Counted from the stretch's first letter, positions 19,870 to 29,503 are shown. The stretch: 64,000 nt of DNA from Polyangiaceae bacterium (GCA_035063585.1 JAPSGB010000008.1:96001-160000), one strand, 5' to 3'. Numbers and translations are program-made. The notes: generated by a model from the sequence alone, not told the origin.

Positions 19870-22800
19870 TCGGTGATCGCCGCCCAGGAGTCGATGCGCG
19901 GCGTGCTCGGCGGGGTCGGAAGATCGATGGTGAGCACGTTCGACTTCCCGCCGAGGGCCGCGCTCCCCGCGGTACCGGTGTGCATGACGAGCTGGAACTT
20001 ACCGGCGGTCGTGGAGGTGACGCTCGTGTGCGACCCGGTGCCGAAGTACGGGTCGGTGACGGTGCTCTCGTCGGTGCAGGTGGGCTGTTCCATGACCCCT
20101 ACACCGAAGATGGTGGCGCCAGGCTCGAGCAGGGTGCTCGAACTGTCGATGTACTGGACGTAGGTTGGGTTCGCCGCGCTCGGGTCGCTCGGCAAGCGCT
20201 CCTTGCCGCCCTTCGAGAGGTCGGTGGCCTCCTTGGGGAGCAAGTAATCGACGCCCCACACGCGACTCGAGCCCGCGCGGCAGACGTTCGAGCTCGTGGA
20301 GGGCTCCGGCTGGAAGCTCGAGAAGTAGAGCACGCCGTTGAAGAGGGTGATGGGTCCCGCGACGCGCTCGCCGCCGGTGAGCGAGGTCGCCCAGTTCACC
20401 TTCGAGGTGTAGACGCCTGCGACCAGCCGCTCACTCAAGGAGACCGCGTAGTTCTGCATGCCAGCGTCCGCGGTGAGGACCTCCTGGTCCCCGGTCGAAT
20501 AGGCGATGGTGAGGTTCCCGAGCTCGTCGAGCGACAGCACCGGGGCGGTGGCGATGGGCTGACCCGCGTCGAACGCCTTGCCCGAGTACGGATCGGAGAA
20601 GATCTTCATGGTCCAGTTGTCCGGATCGGTCGCGGAGAGATCGACGCGCCAGAGCGTACCGTCTGCGTCACCGACGAACACCCGGTCCGCGATGGCGCCG
20701 GTGTCTCCGGGGAACGCGACCGGCTGACCGGTGATCGGCGAGTCGATCGGCGAGGCGATCACCGTCGCGGCGAGGCCGGCGGGCGCGTCGCTCGCGCTGC
20801 GGCGGAAGGTGCGGATGATCTCGCCGGTGTCGAGGCGAACGACCGTGAGCGAGCGGCTCGCGGCGTCACTGTAACAGTTGACCTTCGAGCGGATCGGGTA
20901 GTTCGAGTCGACCCAGCTCGGGCTCGCCGTCTGCCGGCTGCACTGCGCGCCGGTGGGCGCGCCGCCGGAGCCGCCCGGGAGCAGCGCCACCGCGACCTCA
21001 CGGGGGGCCCCCGACGAGTCGTTGAAGAACAGCGTGGTGATGAGCGGCGTCGAGCCGCTCTGACCGAAGAGCGCGTTGCCGTCCGCGTCCTTGGTGAGCT
21101 GCCAAAGGAACTTCGGCCCCTTCTTCGGATCGGCCGAGTCGGGCACGGGGTTGGTCACGTCGAGCGCGAAGTAGCCGCCGCGGGTCGCGCCGAAGCTCTG
21201 GACCAGGATCGTCCTCCAGGTGGTGGCACCCGAGCGGGCGTTGGCCGGGGTCCGCTCGAGCCTGAAGCTCCCGTCGCTGGCGCCGGTCGCGATCACGTCC
21301 TTTACCACCGGGATGCCGTCGAGCAGCGGCACGTGGGTGCCCGGATACTGAGACGGTATCGACGGCAGCACCGCCGGCGGCAGGAACGCCCAGAGCTCGT
21401 TATTTCCGAGGGAGTTGACCGGAGCATCCGCGGAGTTCGTGGTGTCGCCGCGCGCCACCTTGAACGCATGCAAGAAGCCGTCGTTCGTGGAGGTGTAGAG
21501 CACCAGCGGGCGGGTCGCCTGGCTCTGCGCGAAGAGCGCATAGGACTCGTCGCGGAGAAAATCCCCGGGGCGACCCACCAGCCGCGGCGTCGAGTGGTAG
21601 ATGTCCCCGACCAAGTTACATTCCGTGCTCCCGGGCGTCTTGCAGCGCTGGTAGATGGTGCCGTTGTCGAGGCCGAGGTTCCACTTGAGGTACTTGTCGC
21701 GGCACTGCGTGGCGGTCATGCTGGCGCAGGTCGTGCCGTCGATGGACATGGCCGCGGCGGGGGTAGCGGTGTTGAAGCTCGCCGCGTCGCCGGAGTAGAG
21801 GGTGCCCGAGTAGAGCCCGGCCCCGTCGTCCGAGCCGAGCGCGGGGCGGATGCTGCGCTCCGAGTAGCGCGCGCCGACCTTGGCGTCCGCGAGCACCGAG
21901 AAGAAGCGGCGCGCGGGGCCCTTGCCGGAGTTTACGTTGGCGACGAAATCGTCACCGAGGCTGGGGTCGATGGCCTGCGCCTCGGGGGTGATGACATTCG
22001 TGAGCGGATCGACCTTGCAGATGTAGCGCTGGCGGTCGAGCACACCCTTCCACATCGCGAACTGCTGCGGCTCGAACGACGAGTAGAAGCGATAAGAGCC
22101 GGCGAACGGATCGCGAACACTACCGGCAGCGGCGAACACCGGGAGGGTTCGGCTGGTCGTCGACGAGGCGATCTGCGACAGGATCGCGCTCATCGCAGCG
22201 CGGAGCTCGTCGCGGTCGTCGGCGAAGTAGGCGTGGCCGGTGTCGCCGCTCGCCGCGACGCGGTTCAGGGAGCAGCAAGCCTGCAGCTCGGAGTTCGTCG
22301 AGTAGGTGGCGCACGCGCCGGCCGCATTGTTGGGATCCAGATCGGCGCTGGTGAGGGTCTTGCAGTCGATCTGGACCGATCCGCCCACGTTGACCTTGGA
22401 GACCGCGAACCCGATCACGAAGGTCTTCACGCGCTGCGCCGGGCTGGCCGCGTGGGCCAGATCGAAGGCGACCTCCTCGGGCTTGTCGGGATACGGGCAC
22501 ACGCCCGCGGGCGTCCCGCTCATCGCGCACGATGGGCGAAGGTCGAGGTTCGGCTCTCCGTCGCTCAGCAGGATGACGTAGTTCTTGCGGCAGCCGCCCG
22601 CGACGTACGGGTCGCGATAAGGACCGAAGTCCTTCGTGGAGTCGAGCTTGTCGGCGGACTTGTCGTTCCAGAGAAAGTCGCGGGCATCATCCATCATGCC
22701 GGCGATGGGCGTCGCGCCGTAGGGGCGCAACGTGAGGAGGATCTGCTGAATCTGGTCGTTGCGCCCGGTCATCGCCGCGCCCCCCGCGGCGGGGTCACCG

Positions 22801-23546
22801 AACGCGACCATGCGGCCTTCCCAAGGCGGCGCCGCGGCGTTCCGCGCGCCGACCTCGAGGTCCGTGAGCGCGTCGCAGCCGGCCGGCTTCCCGGTGTGCT
22901 TCGGGCCGACGAAGTAGCTCCACGCGCCCGTGTTACCGGTCGCGTAGTCGGCCGTCGTGCCGCTCACCCCGGTCCCCGGATCGGGGAGGGTATCGAAGGT
23001 CATCAGCCCGAAGCGCACCCGATCCCGGAACGAGTCGAGCAGCCCGTCGTTGGCTTGCGAGAAGGTCGAGCAGGTGGTCGCGAGGCTGTTATATGGGTGA
23101 AACAGGATCGCGTTCGACGGAAAATCGTACGCGTTCGCCGTCAGCGCCGCCTGGTTCGGCCCCGGGGTGCACGTCCCGCTGAGCAGCCGGTGGTATGGGT
23201 TGAAGTACTGGTAATCGTAGGGCGCGAGGCCGCCGAGCGAGTACTCGGACAGGAACGCCGAGCTGCTTCGGCTCTGAGCGTCGCATCGGTAGTCGTTGAT
23301 GCCGCCGGTCAGCACCTCGACCAGATCGATCCATCGGCTCTTCCCGCTCACGGCAGCGCCGGTCGGATCGCACGACGGGTAGCTCGCGCTCGAGGCCATG
23401 TATTCCATCGACCCGGACGAGTCGACCAAGAGCAGGGCGTTCGGCGGCGGAGGGTTGACGTCGGCTTGCCCGAGCGCCGCGCCGCTCATCGATGAGAGAC
23501 CTCCGGCGGTCAGGATGGCGAGCCAGATCCGATGACGCGTGTTCAT
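19866..23546 (-). CDS. pilY1: PilY1-type pilus tip adhesin with vWA domain and C-terminal beta-propeller
   Basis: Signal peptide; MIDAS DSSGS, ATPIA, LLSDGEP; GDIYHSTP, NDGFLHAF, ELWAFLP, YFALDVT, DRVFVGD..GTLWRVD. Confidence 0.92.
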   Translation of the reverse strand: MNTRHRIWLAILTAGGLSSMSGAALGQADVNPPPPNALLLVDSSGSMEYMASSASYPSCDPTGAAVSGKSRWIDLVEVLTGGINDYRCDAQSRSSSAFLSEYSLGGLAPYDYQYFNPYHRLLSGTCTPGPNQAALTANAYDFPSNAILFHPYNSLATTCSTFSQANDGLLDSFRDRVRFGLMTFDTLPDPGTGVSGTTADYATGNTGAWSYFVGPKHTGKPAGCDALTDLEVGARNAAAPPWEGRMVAFGDPAAGGAAMTGRNDQIQQILLTLRPYGATPIAGMMDDARDFLWNDKSADKLDSTKDFGPYRDPYVAGGCRKNYVILLSDGEPNLDLRPSCAMSGTPAGVCPYPDKPEEVAFDLAHAASPAQRVKTFVIGFAVSKVNVGGSVQIDCKTLTSADLDPNNAAGACATYSTNSELQACCSLNRVAASGDTGHAYFADDRDELRAAMSAILSQIASSTTSRTLPVFAAAGSVRDPFAGSYRFYSSFEPQQFAMWKGVLDRQRYICKVDPLTNVITPEAQAIDPSLGDDFVANVNSGKGPARRFFSVLADAKVGARYSERSIRPALGSDDGAGLYSGTLYSGDAASFNTATPAAAMSIDGTTCASMTATQCRDKYLKWNLGLDNGTIYQRCKTPGSTECNLVGDIYHSTPRLVGRPGDFLRDESYALFAQSQATRPLVLYTSTNDGFLHAFKVARGDTTNSADAPVNSLGNNELWAFLPPAVLPSIPSQYPGTHVPLLDGIPVVKDVIATGASDGSFRLERTPANARSGATTWRTILVQSFGATRGGYFALDVTNPVPDSADPKKGPKFLWQLTKDADGNALFGQSGSTPLITTLFFNDSSGAPREVAVALLPGGSGGAPTGAQCSRQTASPSWVDSNYPIRSKVNCYSDAASRSLTVVRLDTGEIIRTFRRSASDAPAGLAATVIASPIDSPITGQPVAFPGDTGAIADRVFVGDADGTLWRVDLSATDPDNWTMKIFSDPYSGKAFDAGQPIATAPVLSLDELGNLTIAYSTGDQEVLTADAGMQNYAVSLSERLVAGVYTSKVNWATSLTGGERVAGPITLFNGVLYFSSFQPEPSTSSNVCRAGSSRVWGVDYLLPKEATDLSKGGKERLPSDPSAANPTYVQYIDSSSTLLEPGATIFGVGVMEQPTCTDESTVTDPYFGTGSHTSVTSTTAGKFQLVMHTGTAGSAALGGKSNVLTIDLPTPPSTPRIDSWAAITE

Positions 23547-23553
23547 GGTTGCC

Positions 23554-24252
23554 TCATTGCCCGAAGATGTTCGGCAGGGTGACGTGTGCGCGGATGGCCT
23601 GGACGCTCGCGCCGGTGGAGGCGCTGGTGTCCGAGCACCAAGGGTCGGTGTTTGCGCCCGTGCTCGGGAGCGCGCGGAGCTGCGCGAAGGCGGTGAGCGT
23701 CACCTGGACGTCATGGGCGGCGTTCGGGTTGCCGCCGACGTCGGATTTTGCCTTCGGGTCCGAATTGTAGGCCTCGAGCAGCTCGATCATGAAGGCGCCG
23801 TTCATCATCTGCACGGTCGTGGATGGCGTCTGGCCGAGCGGTGGGCCGAGGCTCCCCGGGTCCACGGCGGTCGGGTTGTCGAGGATCGTGTGGCTCGAGA
23901 AGTTCGTGGCGACCCGGCTCGCCACCTCCGACATGAAGAGCTTGTAGCAGGGGATCGGCGCCCCGGTCGTGATCGGCTGGACGTTCGCGTTGGACGGGCA
24001 CGCCTCCTTGCCCTGCCGGAGAAGGTCGAGATACGTGCGCGGGGTAGCGCCGAGCTCTACCGTCCCGATACGGCCCGCGTAGCTCGCGAGATACATGGTC
24101 TGGGTCGCCTGGCGATCGTAGCCGGCCGCGCTGTCGACCAAGCTCGAGGTGCGGGCGGCCAGGATTCCGATGGCGGTGAGCAGCGCGATCACCATCACCA
24201 CGATGAAGACGGCGGCGCCGCGCTCGCGTGAAGGACGACGTCGGGTCACCAC
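23554..24252 (-). CDS. pilX: PilX-like minor pilin
   Basis: ERG|AAVFIVVMVIALL prepilin site without Glu5 (PilX hallmark); start 24252 or 24249. Confidence 0.8.
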   Translation of the reverse strand: MVTRRRPSRERGAAVFIVVMVIALLTAIGILAARTSSLVDSAAGYDRQATQTMYLASYAGRIGTVELGATPRTYLDLLRQGKEACPSNANVQPITTGAPIPCYKLFMSEVASRVATNFSSHTILDNPTAVDPGSLGPPLGQTPSTTVQMMNGAFMIELLEAYNSDPKAKSDVGGNPNAAHDVQVTLTAFAQLRALPSTGANTDPWCSDTSASTGASVQAIRAHVTLPNIFGQ

Positions 24253-25508
24253 AGCACCCCCAGCTGGTTCGGCAACGAGACGTCCGCCTGTAGCGTTCGC
24301 ACCCGCGCGAAGGGGGCGGTGGCGCCCGCGCCGAGCCCGACTCGGTAGAGCCCGGGTGCGACCCCGGTGGGGAAGGTGCCTGAGGAGTCAGAGATGTTGC
24401 CCTGGCGATCGGCCTCGCGCGAGCGCACCGCGAGCCGTACGCGGATCGCCCGGATGCGCTGCGGACCGTTCGGCGGGGTGAGGGCGTTGGTGTCGCCCGC
24501 GTAGTTCCCGATCTGCGCGTTGCCGGCGAGGTAGGTCGCGAGCGCCGGATCGGTGCCGCCGGTGACGTTATTTACCACCGTGACGCCAAACTTCAGATCG
24601 ACCGCGTACTCGGCGACCAGCTCTTCGGTGTTCTCGGTGTCGCCGGTGATCGGCGCGCCGCTGGTGTCGAGCTCGGTGCGGACCAACTCGGTCCGGTGCG
24701 CCTCGAAGGGGACGTCGGCCGCGTTCGTGTAGAGGGGCGCGAAGCGGGTGCTCGAGCTCAGGCTCTTCACCTCGTAGCGAATGAAATTCACCACGTTGAC
24801 GTAGCCGGTCTCGTTGAGCCGGATCCCGCAAGGCGTCGCGTCACTGGTGCGGAAGGTGAGCTTCGGTTGATTGCTGAGGACCACGGTCGGCACGCCGCTC
24901 GTGACGCTGACGCTCTGAATGGTTCCGTACTGCACCCTACCCGAGCGGTCGACGATCCTGAGCGCGCGGCCGGGCTTGAACACCTGGCGCAGGAGCCCGA
25001 CCTGGTCGGTGGCGGCGGAGTAGCCCATACGCGCGAGCGGACCGATCGCCGACTGGAGCGCGACCGAGTAGGTCGTGCCGCCGTCGGTGACGCCCCACAT
25101 CGGGAACTCGTCCACCGAGTCATAAGCGCCGGCGAGATCGATGCTGTCCGGCTGTAGCCCGTTCGCCGACAGAGTCGCGTTGGGCGCCGCCGGCGTCGAG
25201 ATGCGGACCCCGGCCAGGTGTTTTAGCCCAGCGGGCCAGCTCGCGTCGATGGTCTGACAGAGCGCCGGGTCTCGCCTGACGTTCGGGGATGCCATGAACG
25301 AAGCGCGCGCGAGATCGCCGCGGAGGCGTTCGAACCCGACCACGCTCGCCAGCGTGGCGTCCGCCACCCGCGACTCGCGCTGATAGAAGCGTGAGCCGTC
25401 CCGCGCCATCATGAACACGATGACCGACATGAACAGGCCGCCCGAGATCGCGACCATGAGCTCCACCAGCGTGAAGCCGCGAGCCGCCTCTCGCCGCGCG
25501 GCGGTCAC
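24246..25508 (-). CDS. pilW: PilW-like minor pilin
   Basis: ARG|FTLVELMVA; C-terminal RIRAIRVRLAVRS; start GTG overlaps the pilV stop. Confidence 0.85.
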   Translation of the reverse strand: MTAARREAARGFTLVELMVAISGGLFMSVIVFMMARDGSRFYQRESRVADATLASVVGFERLRGDLARASFMASPNVRRDPALCQTIDASWPAGLKHLAGVRISTPAAPNATLSANGLQPDSIDLAGAYDSVDEFPMWGVTDGGTTYSVALQSAIGPLARMGYSAATDQVGLLRQVFKPGRALRIVDRSGRVQYGTIQSVSVTSGVPTVVLSNQPKLTFRTSDATPCGIRLNETGYVNVVNFIRYEVKSLSSSTRFAPLYTNAADVPFEAHRTELVRTELDTSGAPITGDTENTEELVAEYAVDLKFGVTVVNNVTGGTDPALATYLAGNAQIGNYAGDTNALTPPNGPQRIRAIRVRLAVRSREADRQGNISDSSGTFPTGVAPGLYRVGLGAGATAPFARVRTLQADVSLPNQLGVLW

Positions 25509-26110
25509 AGCGCCGTCTCCTGCTTGATGGCCGTCGACTGATAGACGAAATGGTACCGATCGAAGGCCTGGCCAATCGCCACCGCGTTGTTCTTCGGGTC
25601 GCAGATGGCGTCGTTGGTGAGCCCCCCTCCCGCGCCATCGCGGAGCCAGAACACGCGCACCTCGGCGCGGATGAGGCCGTTGCCGGAGGTGTCCGGGTAG
25701 AGCCAGTTCAGGCGGATGTGGGTGCAGAAGCGAGCCTGCGCGACGTTGGCGTCGCTCACCACGTTGCCGAGCGCGTCGAAGGACGGACCGAATTGAAGCA
25801 CCGCGTCGTACGCCGGGCGGAGCCACACGTTTTGCTGATCCTCCACCTTGGTGAGCCAGGTCGTGTCGGTGGTGATGTCGCGAACGGTGGAGCGCTGCGA
25901 TGGATGGTTCCACTTGGTAGCGTCCACCGCGAGCTGCTCGACCCACGCCTGCGCGATGTGGGTCGCCAGGGCGAGATCTTTCGCGTGCTGGTTCGAGGTG
26001 ACCATCACCTTCTGCATGGCGACGATGCCCGACACCCCGATGGCGAGGATGGCGAGCGCCATCATGAGCTCCACGATGGTGAAGCCGCGGCGGCTCGACG
26101 AGCGGCTCAT
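25505..26110 (-). CDS. pilV: PilV-like minor pilin
   Basis: RRG|FTIVELMMALAILAIG..A..IAQ; ATGA overlap with fimU. Confidence 0.85.
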   Translation of the reverse strand: MSRSSSRRGFTIVELMMALAILAIGVSGIVAMQKVMVTSNQHAKDLALATHIAQAWVEQLAVDATKWNHPSQRSTVRDITTDTTWLTKVEDQQNVWLRPAYDAVLQFGPSFDALGNVVSDANVAQARFCTHIRLNWLYPDTSGNGLIRAEVRVFWLRDGAGGGLTNDAICDPKNNAVAIGQAFDRYHFVYQSTAIKQETAL

Positions 26111-26817
26111 TTCGACGCTCCGAAGCGCGCCGCGCCGTTCGGCATCACCATGACCGTGCGGGTGAGCCCCTCGGCGGTCCCGGAGCTGTTCTTGCGCCAG
26201 ACGGACGCCTCCGGGACGCCGCCGAGCGCTGTCCAGGCGCCCGCCTGACCATAGCGGACGTAGGCGCGGCCGAGCGGCGTGAAGCAGACGTCCATCTGGG
26301 TGACCGTGCCGCCGTTCGAGCTGTCGCCGGGCGCGCCGTTCATCGTGAGCTGCACGTCCGAGTACTCGCTCCGGTTCCAGGGATCGAACCGCGACACGAG
26401 CACGTTGTCGGTGATGTCGGTCGTCTTGGTGCCGGAGGGGGTGACCCACGCGGGCAGGACGCAGCTCGAGGTCGGGAGGCGCTGACACTCGGCCTGCGTC
26501 GCCGCGGTGCCCCGAACCGCCTCCTGAACCGTGAGCGAGCCTGCCGAGTTCGAGGTGGCGTCGTACCGAACCAGGACTGCCGCGCCGCGCCCCATGGCTC
26601 GCATGCGGGCGCCGCGGTAAATCGACACGACCTCCTGGGCCGCCTGGTACACCCGCCGGTCGCGGAGTTGGTGGGTCACTGCCGGGATCGCGATCACGGC
26701 CAGCACCGCGATGATGACGACCACGACGATGAGCTCGATGAGCGAGAAGCCGCGCTCGCGAGCCCGCCGCTCGGCGCGAACGGGCTCGGAGGACTCGGGG
26801 AGGATGAACGGACGCAC
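26107..26817 (-). CDS. fimU: FimU/FimT-like minor pilin
   Basis: ERG|FSLIELIVVVVIIAVLAVIAIP, ARMRA, FTPLG; the track's TTG at 26841 lies within the sigma54 motif, so GTG 26817 was used. Confidence 0.85.
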   Translation of the reverse strand: MRPFILPESSEPVRAERRARERGFSLIELIVVVVIIAVLAVIAIPAVTHQLRDRRVYQAAQEVVSIYRGARMRAMGRGAAVLVRYDATSNSAGSLTVQEAVRGTAATQAECQRLPTSSCVLPAWVTPSGTKTTDITDNVLVSRFDPWNRSEYSDVQLTMNGAPGDSSNGGTVTQMDVCFTPLGRAYVRYGQAGAWTALGGVPEASVWRKNSSGTAEGLTRTVMVMPNGAARFGASK

Positions 26818-26836
26818 GACGACCCGGCTCGCACGG

Positions 26837-26852
26837 AGCAAGCCCTGTGCCG
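26837..26852 (-). promoter_or_regulatory. Sigma54 promoter of the fimU-pilVWX-pilY1 operon
   Basis: Minus strand CGGCACAGGGCTTGCT fits YGGCAC-N5-TTGCW. Confidence 0.75.
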
Positions 26853-26893
26853 ATCATGCGGACCTACCCGTGGTGAATTCCTCCGCGATTTCG

Positions 26894-26945
26894 TGGTTGA
26901 TCAAACCATCGGCCGGCAACGATTTCACCGCTATGTAATCGTTGC
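26894..26945. promoter_or_regulatory. Two inverted repeats, candidate activator-binding sites
   Basis: tggtt-gatca-aacca (26894-26908) and gcaacgatt-N12-aatcgttgc (26916-26945, perfect 9-bp arms). Confidence 0.55.
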
Positions 26946-27062
26946 AGGTCTGCCCCAGGGTTCTCGATGAGCTCGTTGGTCGGCTGGCCGACCTGCATTG
27001 CCGTCACCCGAGAGCGGCCGGTTTGCTCGTCGCGAGCGGTCGGACTATGGCGAACTCGTCTC

Positions 27063-28169
27063 ATGACAGCGAAGCTCTTGGTGGTTGGGGCGATTCTGTT
27101 GGCGGCCGCAGGCTGTGACAAGCAGCGGGCCGCGCCCGACGAGCAGGGGGCCGCTCCGCCGCCCATCGAGAGCTCGAAGCCGGGCGTGTGCGCGAGCGGC
27201 GGAGGCACCGTGACCGACGCGGAGAGCGCCGGGTTCTTCCCGCGGGCGGTGGGGGACTACTGCATCGATCCGAACGGCGAGACGCGCGCGTACGGTGAGG
27301 GCGCGAGCGGCACGCTCGACAAGGTCTGCACCGAGCTCTTCGATGGCGAGTGCGAGGTCTACAAGAGCTACGGCCTCGAGCGGGTGGTCACGCTGCGCTA
27401 CGTGGACGGCAAGGGCTCGCCCGGTTCGGTGTCGGTGAACCTGTCTCGGTTCGCGACCAAGGACGGCGCGTACGGGTTCTTCACCAAGCGGGTGGTCGCC
27501 GACGCCGACCCCGCCGAGAACGCTCCGGCCAGCCTCGACGCGGGAGGCGCGGGCGCGCTCGGGACCGGTATCGCCTACGTGTGGCGAGGGCTCTACGTGG
27601 CCGAGCTGTCGTACACGAACGAGGTCGAGCCCCCGGAGCAGCTCAAGGCGAGCAGCAACCGGATCCTGCCGGGGCTCTCCTCGGCGCTCGGGAGCAAGCT
27701 CTCGGGCGACGGCGTGCCGCCGGCGGGGGTCGCCGCGCTGCCGGCGGCGAACCGGGTCGCCATGGGGATCTCCTACGACGCGCGCGACGTGCTCGGCGTC
27801 GCCGGCACCGGGCCGGGCGCGGTCGGATATTACAAGGACGGGAGCAGGCGCTGGCGAGTCGTCTCCATCGTGCGCGCCGACGAGGACTCGGCCAAGGACG
27901 TGATGAAGACCTTGAAGAAGCTCTCGGGGGCCCAGACGCTCAAGGGCACGACCTTCGACGCGGTGTCCTTCGGCTTGCGCTCGGACGACTCGAGCCCGCG
28001 GGTCGAGTGGGTGTTCGGACGGCTGGGCGCGCGCGTGGTCGGGATCGGCGACGAAGAGGCGGTGCTCGGCCAAGGCGCCGCCGCCGAGGAGCAGGCCAAG
28101 GTGGCGCTCACCGCCGAGCAGAAGCTCGAGCTCCTGAAGCGGTTGGTCGCGGGCGAACCGAAGCAGTAG
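27063..28169 (+). CDS. Hypothetical lipoprotein (DUF6599-like)
   Basis: Lipobox AAAGC; LFDGECEVYKSYG and AYGFFT resemble the DUF6599 pattern as recalled. Confidence 0.7.
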   Translation: MTAKLLVVGAILLAAAGCDKQRAAPDEQGAAPPPIESSKPGVCASGGGTVTDAESAGFFPRAVGDYCIDPNGETRAYGEGASGTLDKVCTELFDGECEVYKSYGLERVVTLRYVDGKGSPGSVSVNLSRFATKDGAYGFFTKRVVADADPAENAPASLDAGGAGALGTGIAYVWRGLYVAELSYTNEVEPPEQLKASSNRILPGLSSALGSKLSGDGVPPAGVAALPAANRVAMGISYDARDVLGVAGTGPGAVGYYKDGSRRWRVVSIVRADEDSAKDVMKTLKKLSGAQTLKGTTFDAVSFGLRSDDSSPRVEWVFGRLGARVVGIGDEEAVLGQGAAAEEQAKVALTAEQKLELLKRLVAGEPKQ

Positions 28170-28304
28170 CCGGGTCGCCGCTCGGGCGCTGCTGCTGGCG
28201 AACCGCGGCCGGCGTCGCGGCGCGCCCGATCGGTCACCCGAGGACGGCCGGTTTCGTGGTAAGGGGCGTTCGGTTCAGATCCCAGCAAGCCCTGGAGGAA
28301 CGAC

Positions 28305-29450
28305 GTGGACTTCGAGCTCGACGAGCAGCACGCGATCTTGCGCCAGACGGTGCGTGACTTCTGTGAGCGCGAGGTGCGCCCGCACGCCCGGGAGTGGGAC
28401 GCCGAGGAGCGCTTTCCAAAGGAAATCGTACCTCGGCTCGCCGAGCTCGGACTGCTCGGGATTCGGATCCCCGAGGAGTACGGCGGCGCCGCGATGGACA
28501 CCCTCTCGTACGCCATCTGCGTCGAGGAGTGCGCGCGCGTCGACGGCTCGCTGGCGCTGACGGTCGCCAGCCACAACGGGCTCGGCACCGGCCACATCCT
28601 CGCCTTCGGAAATGAAGCTCAGAAAGCTCGCTACTTGCCGAAGGCGGCGAGCGGAGAGTGGCTGGCCGCGTGGGGGCTCACCGAGCCCGGCTCGGGGTCG
28701 GATAGCGCCGGCATGCAGACGACCGCCGTGCGCGACGGCGACGAGTGGCTCTTGAACGGCACCAAGATGTTCATCACGCAGGGCTCGGTCGGCGGGTTCT
28801 GCGTGGTGCTCGCGCGCTCCAACAAGGACGTGCCGCCGCAGCGCGGGATCACCGCGTTCATCGTCGACCAGGGCACGCCGGGGTTCCGCGCCAGCAAGAA
28901 GCTCGAGAAGTACGGCTGTCGCTCGAGCGATACGGTGGAGCTCTCGCTCGAGAACGTCCGCGTCAGCGACGCGCAACGTCTCGGCGCCGTCGATCACGGA
29001 TTCTACGACACGATGAGCATCCTCGATCGCGGGCGCATCTCGATCGCGGCGATGGCGCTCGGTCTCGGACGAGGCGCCATCGAGCTCGCGACGCGCTACG
29101 CGAAGGATCGGCAAGCCTTCGGGCGGCCCATCGCGGACTACCAGGCGATCCAGTGGATGCTGGCCGACGCGCACACCGAGCTCGACGCGGCCGAGCTCCT
29201 CATACACCGCGCCGCGTGGCTCTGCGATCTCGGGCGTCCTTACGGTAAGGAAGCGGCGATGGCGAAGCTGTTCGCCAGCGAGGCCGCGACCAAGGCGTGC
29301 AATGACGCGCTCCAGATCCACGGCGGCTACGGCTACACGCGCGAGTTCGACGTCGAGCGCCACCTGCGCGACGTGAAGCTCTGCGAGATCGGCGAGGGCA
29401 CGAGCCAGGTGCAGCGACTGGTCATCGCGCGACAGCTCCTGCGCGCCTGA
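28305..29450 (+). CDS. Acyl-CoA dehydrogenase
   Basis: GLTEPGSGSD, NGTKMFIT, QIHGGYG, EIGEGTS; GGAGG RBS. Confidence 0.97.
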   Translation: MDFELDEQHAILRQTVRDFCEREVRPHAREWDAEERFPKEIVPRLAELGLLGIRIPEEYGGAAMDTLSYAICVEECARVDGSLALTVASHNGLGTGHILAFGNEAQKARYLPKAASGEWLAAWGLTEPGSGSDSAGMQTTAVRDGDEWLLNGTKMFITQGSVGGFCVVLARSNKDVPPQRGITAFIVDQGTPGFRASKKLEKYGCRSSDTVELSLENVRVSDAQRLGAVDHGFYDTMSILDRGRISIAAMALGLGRGAIELATRYAKDRQAFGRPIADYQAIQWMLADAHTELDAAELLIHRAAWLCDLGRPYGKEAAMAKLFASEAATKACNDALQIHGGYGYTREFDVERHLRDVKLCEIGEGTSQVQRLVIARQLLRA

Positions 29451-29470
29451 GCCGCGCGCGCTCGCCCGAG

Positions 29471-29497
29471 CGCGGTTCCGCGCCGGACCGACAGCCC
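29471..29497 (+). repeat. REP-like element copy between convergent genes
   Basis: 29473-29497 is 23/25 identical to the reverse complement of 1566-1590. Confidence 0.7.
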
Positions 29498-29503
29498 CGG
29501 AGG

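Noticed and set aside
19857..23495. 1212-aa plus-strand ORF and other long Arg/Ala/Pro-rich ORFs (e.g. 2188-4506, 37629-40205, 52833-55166)
   Set aside because: Antisense or off-frame shadows of well-supported genes, expected when high GC makes stop codons rare; no recognisable motifs
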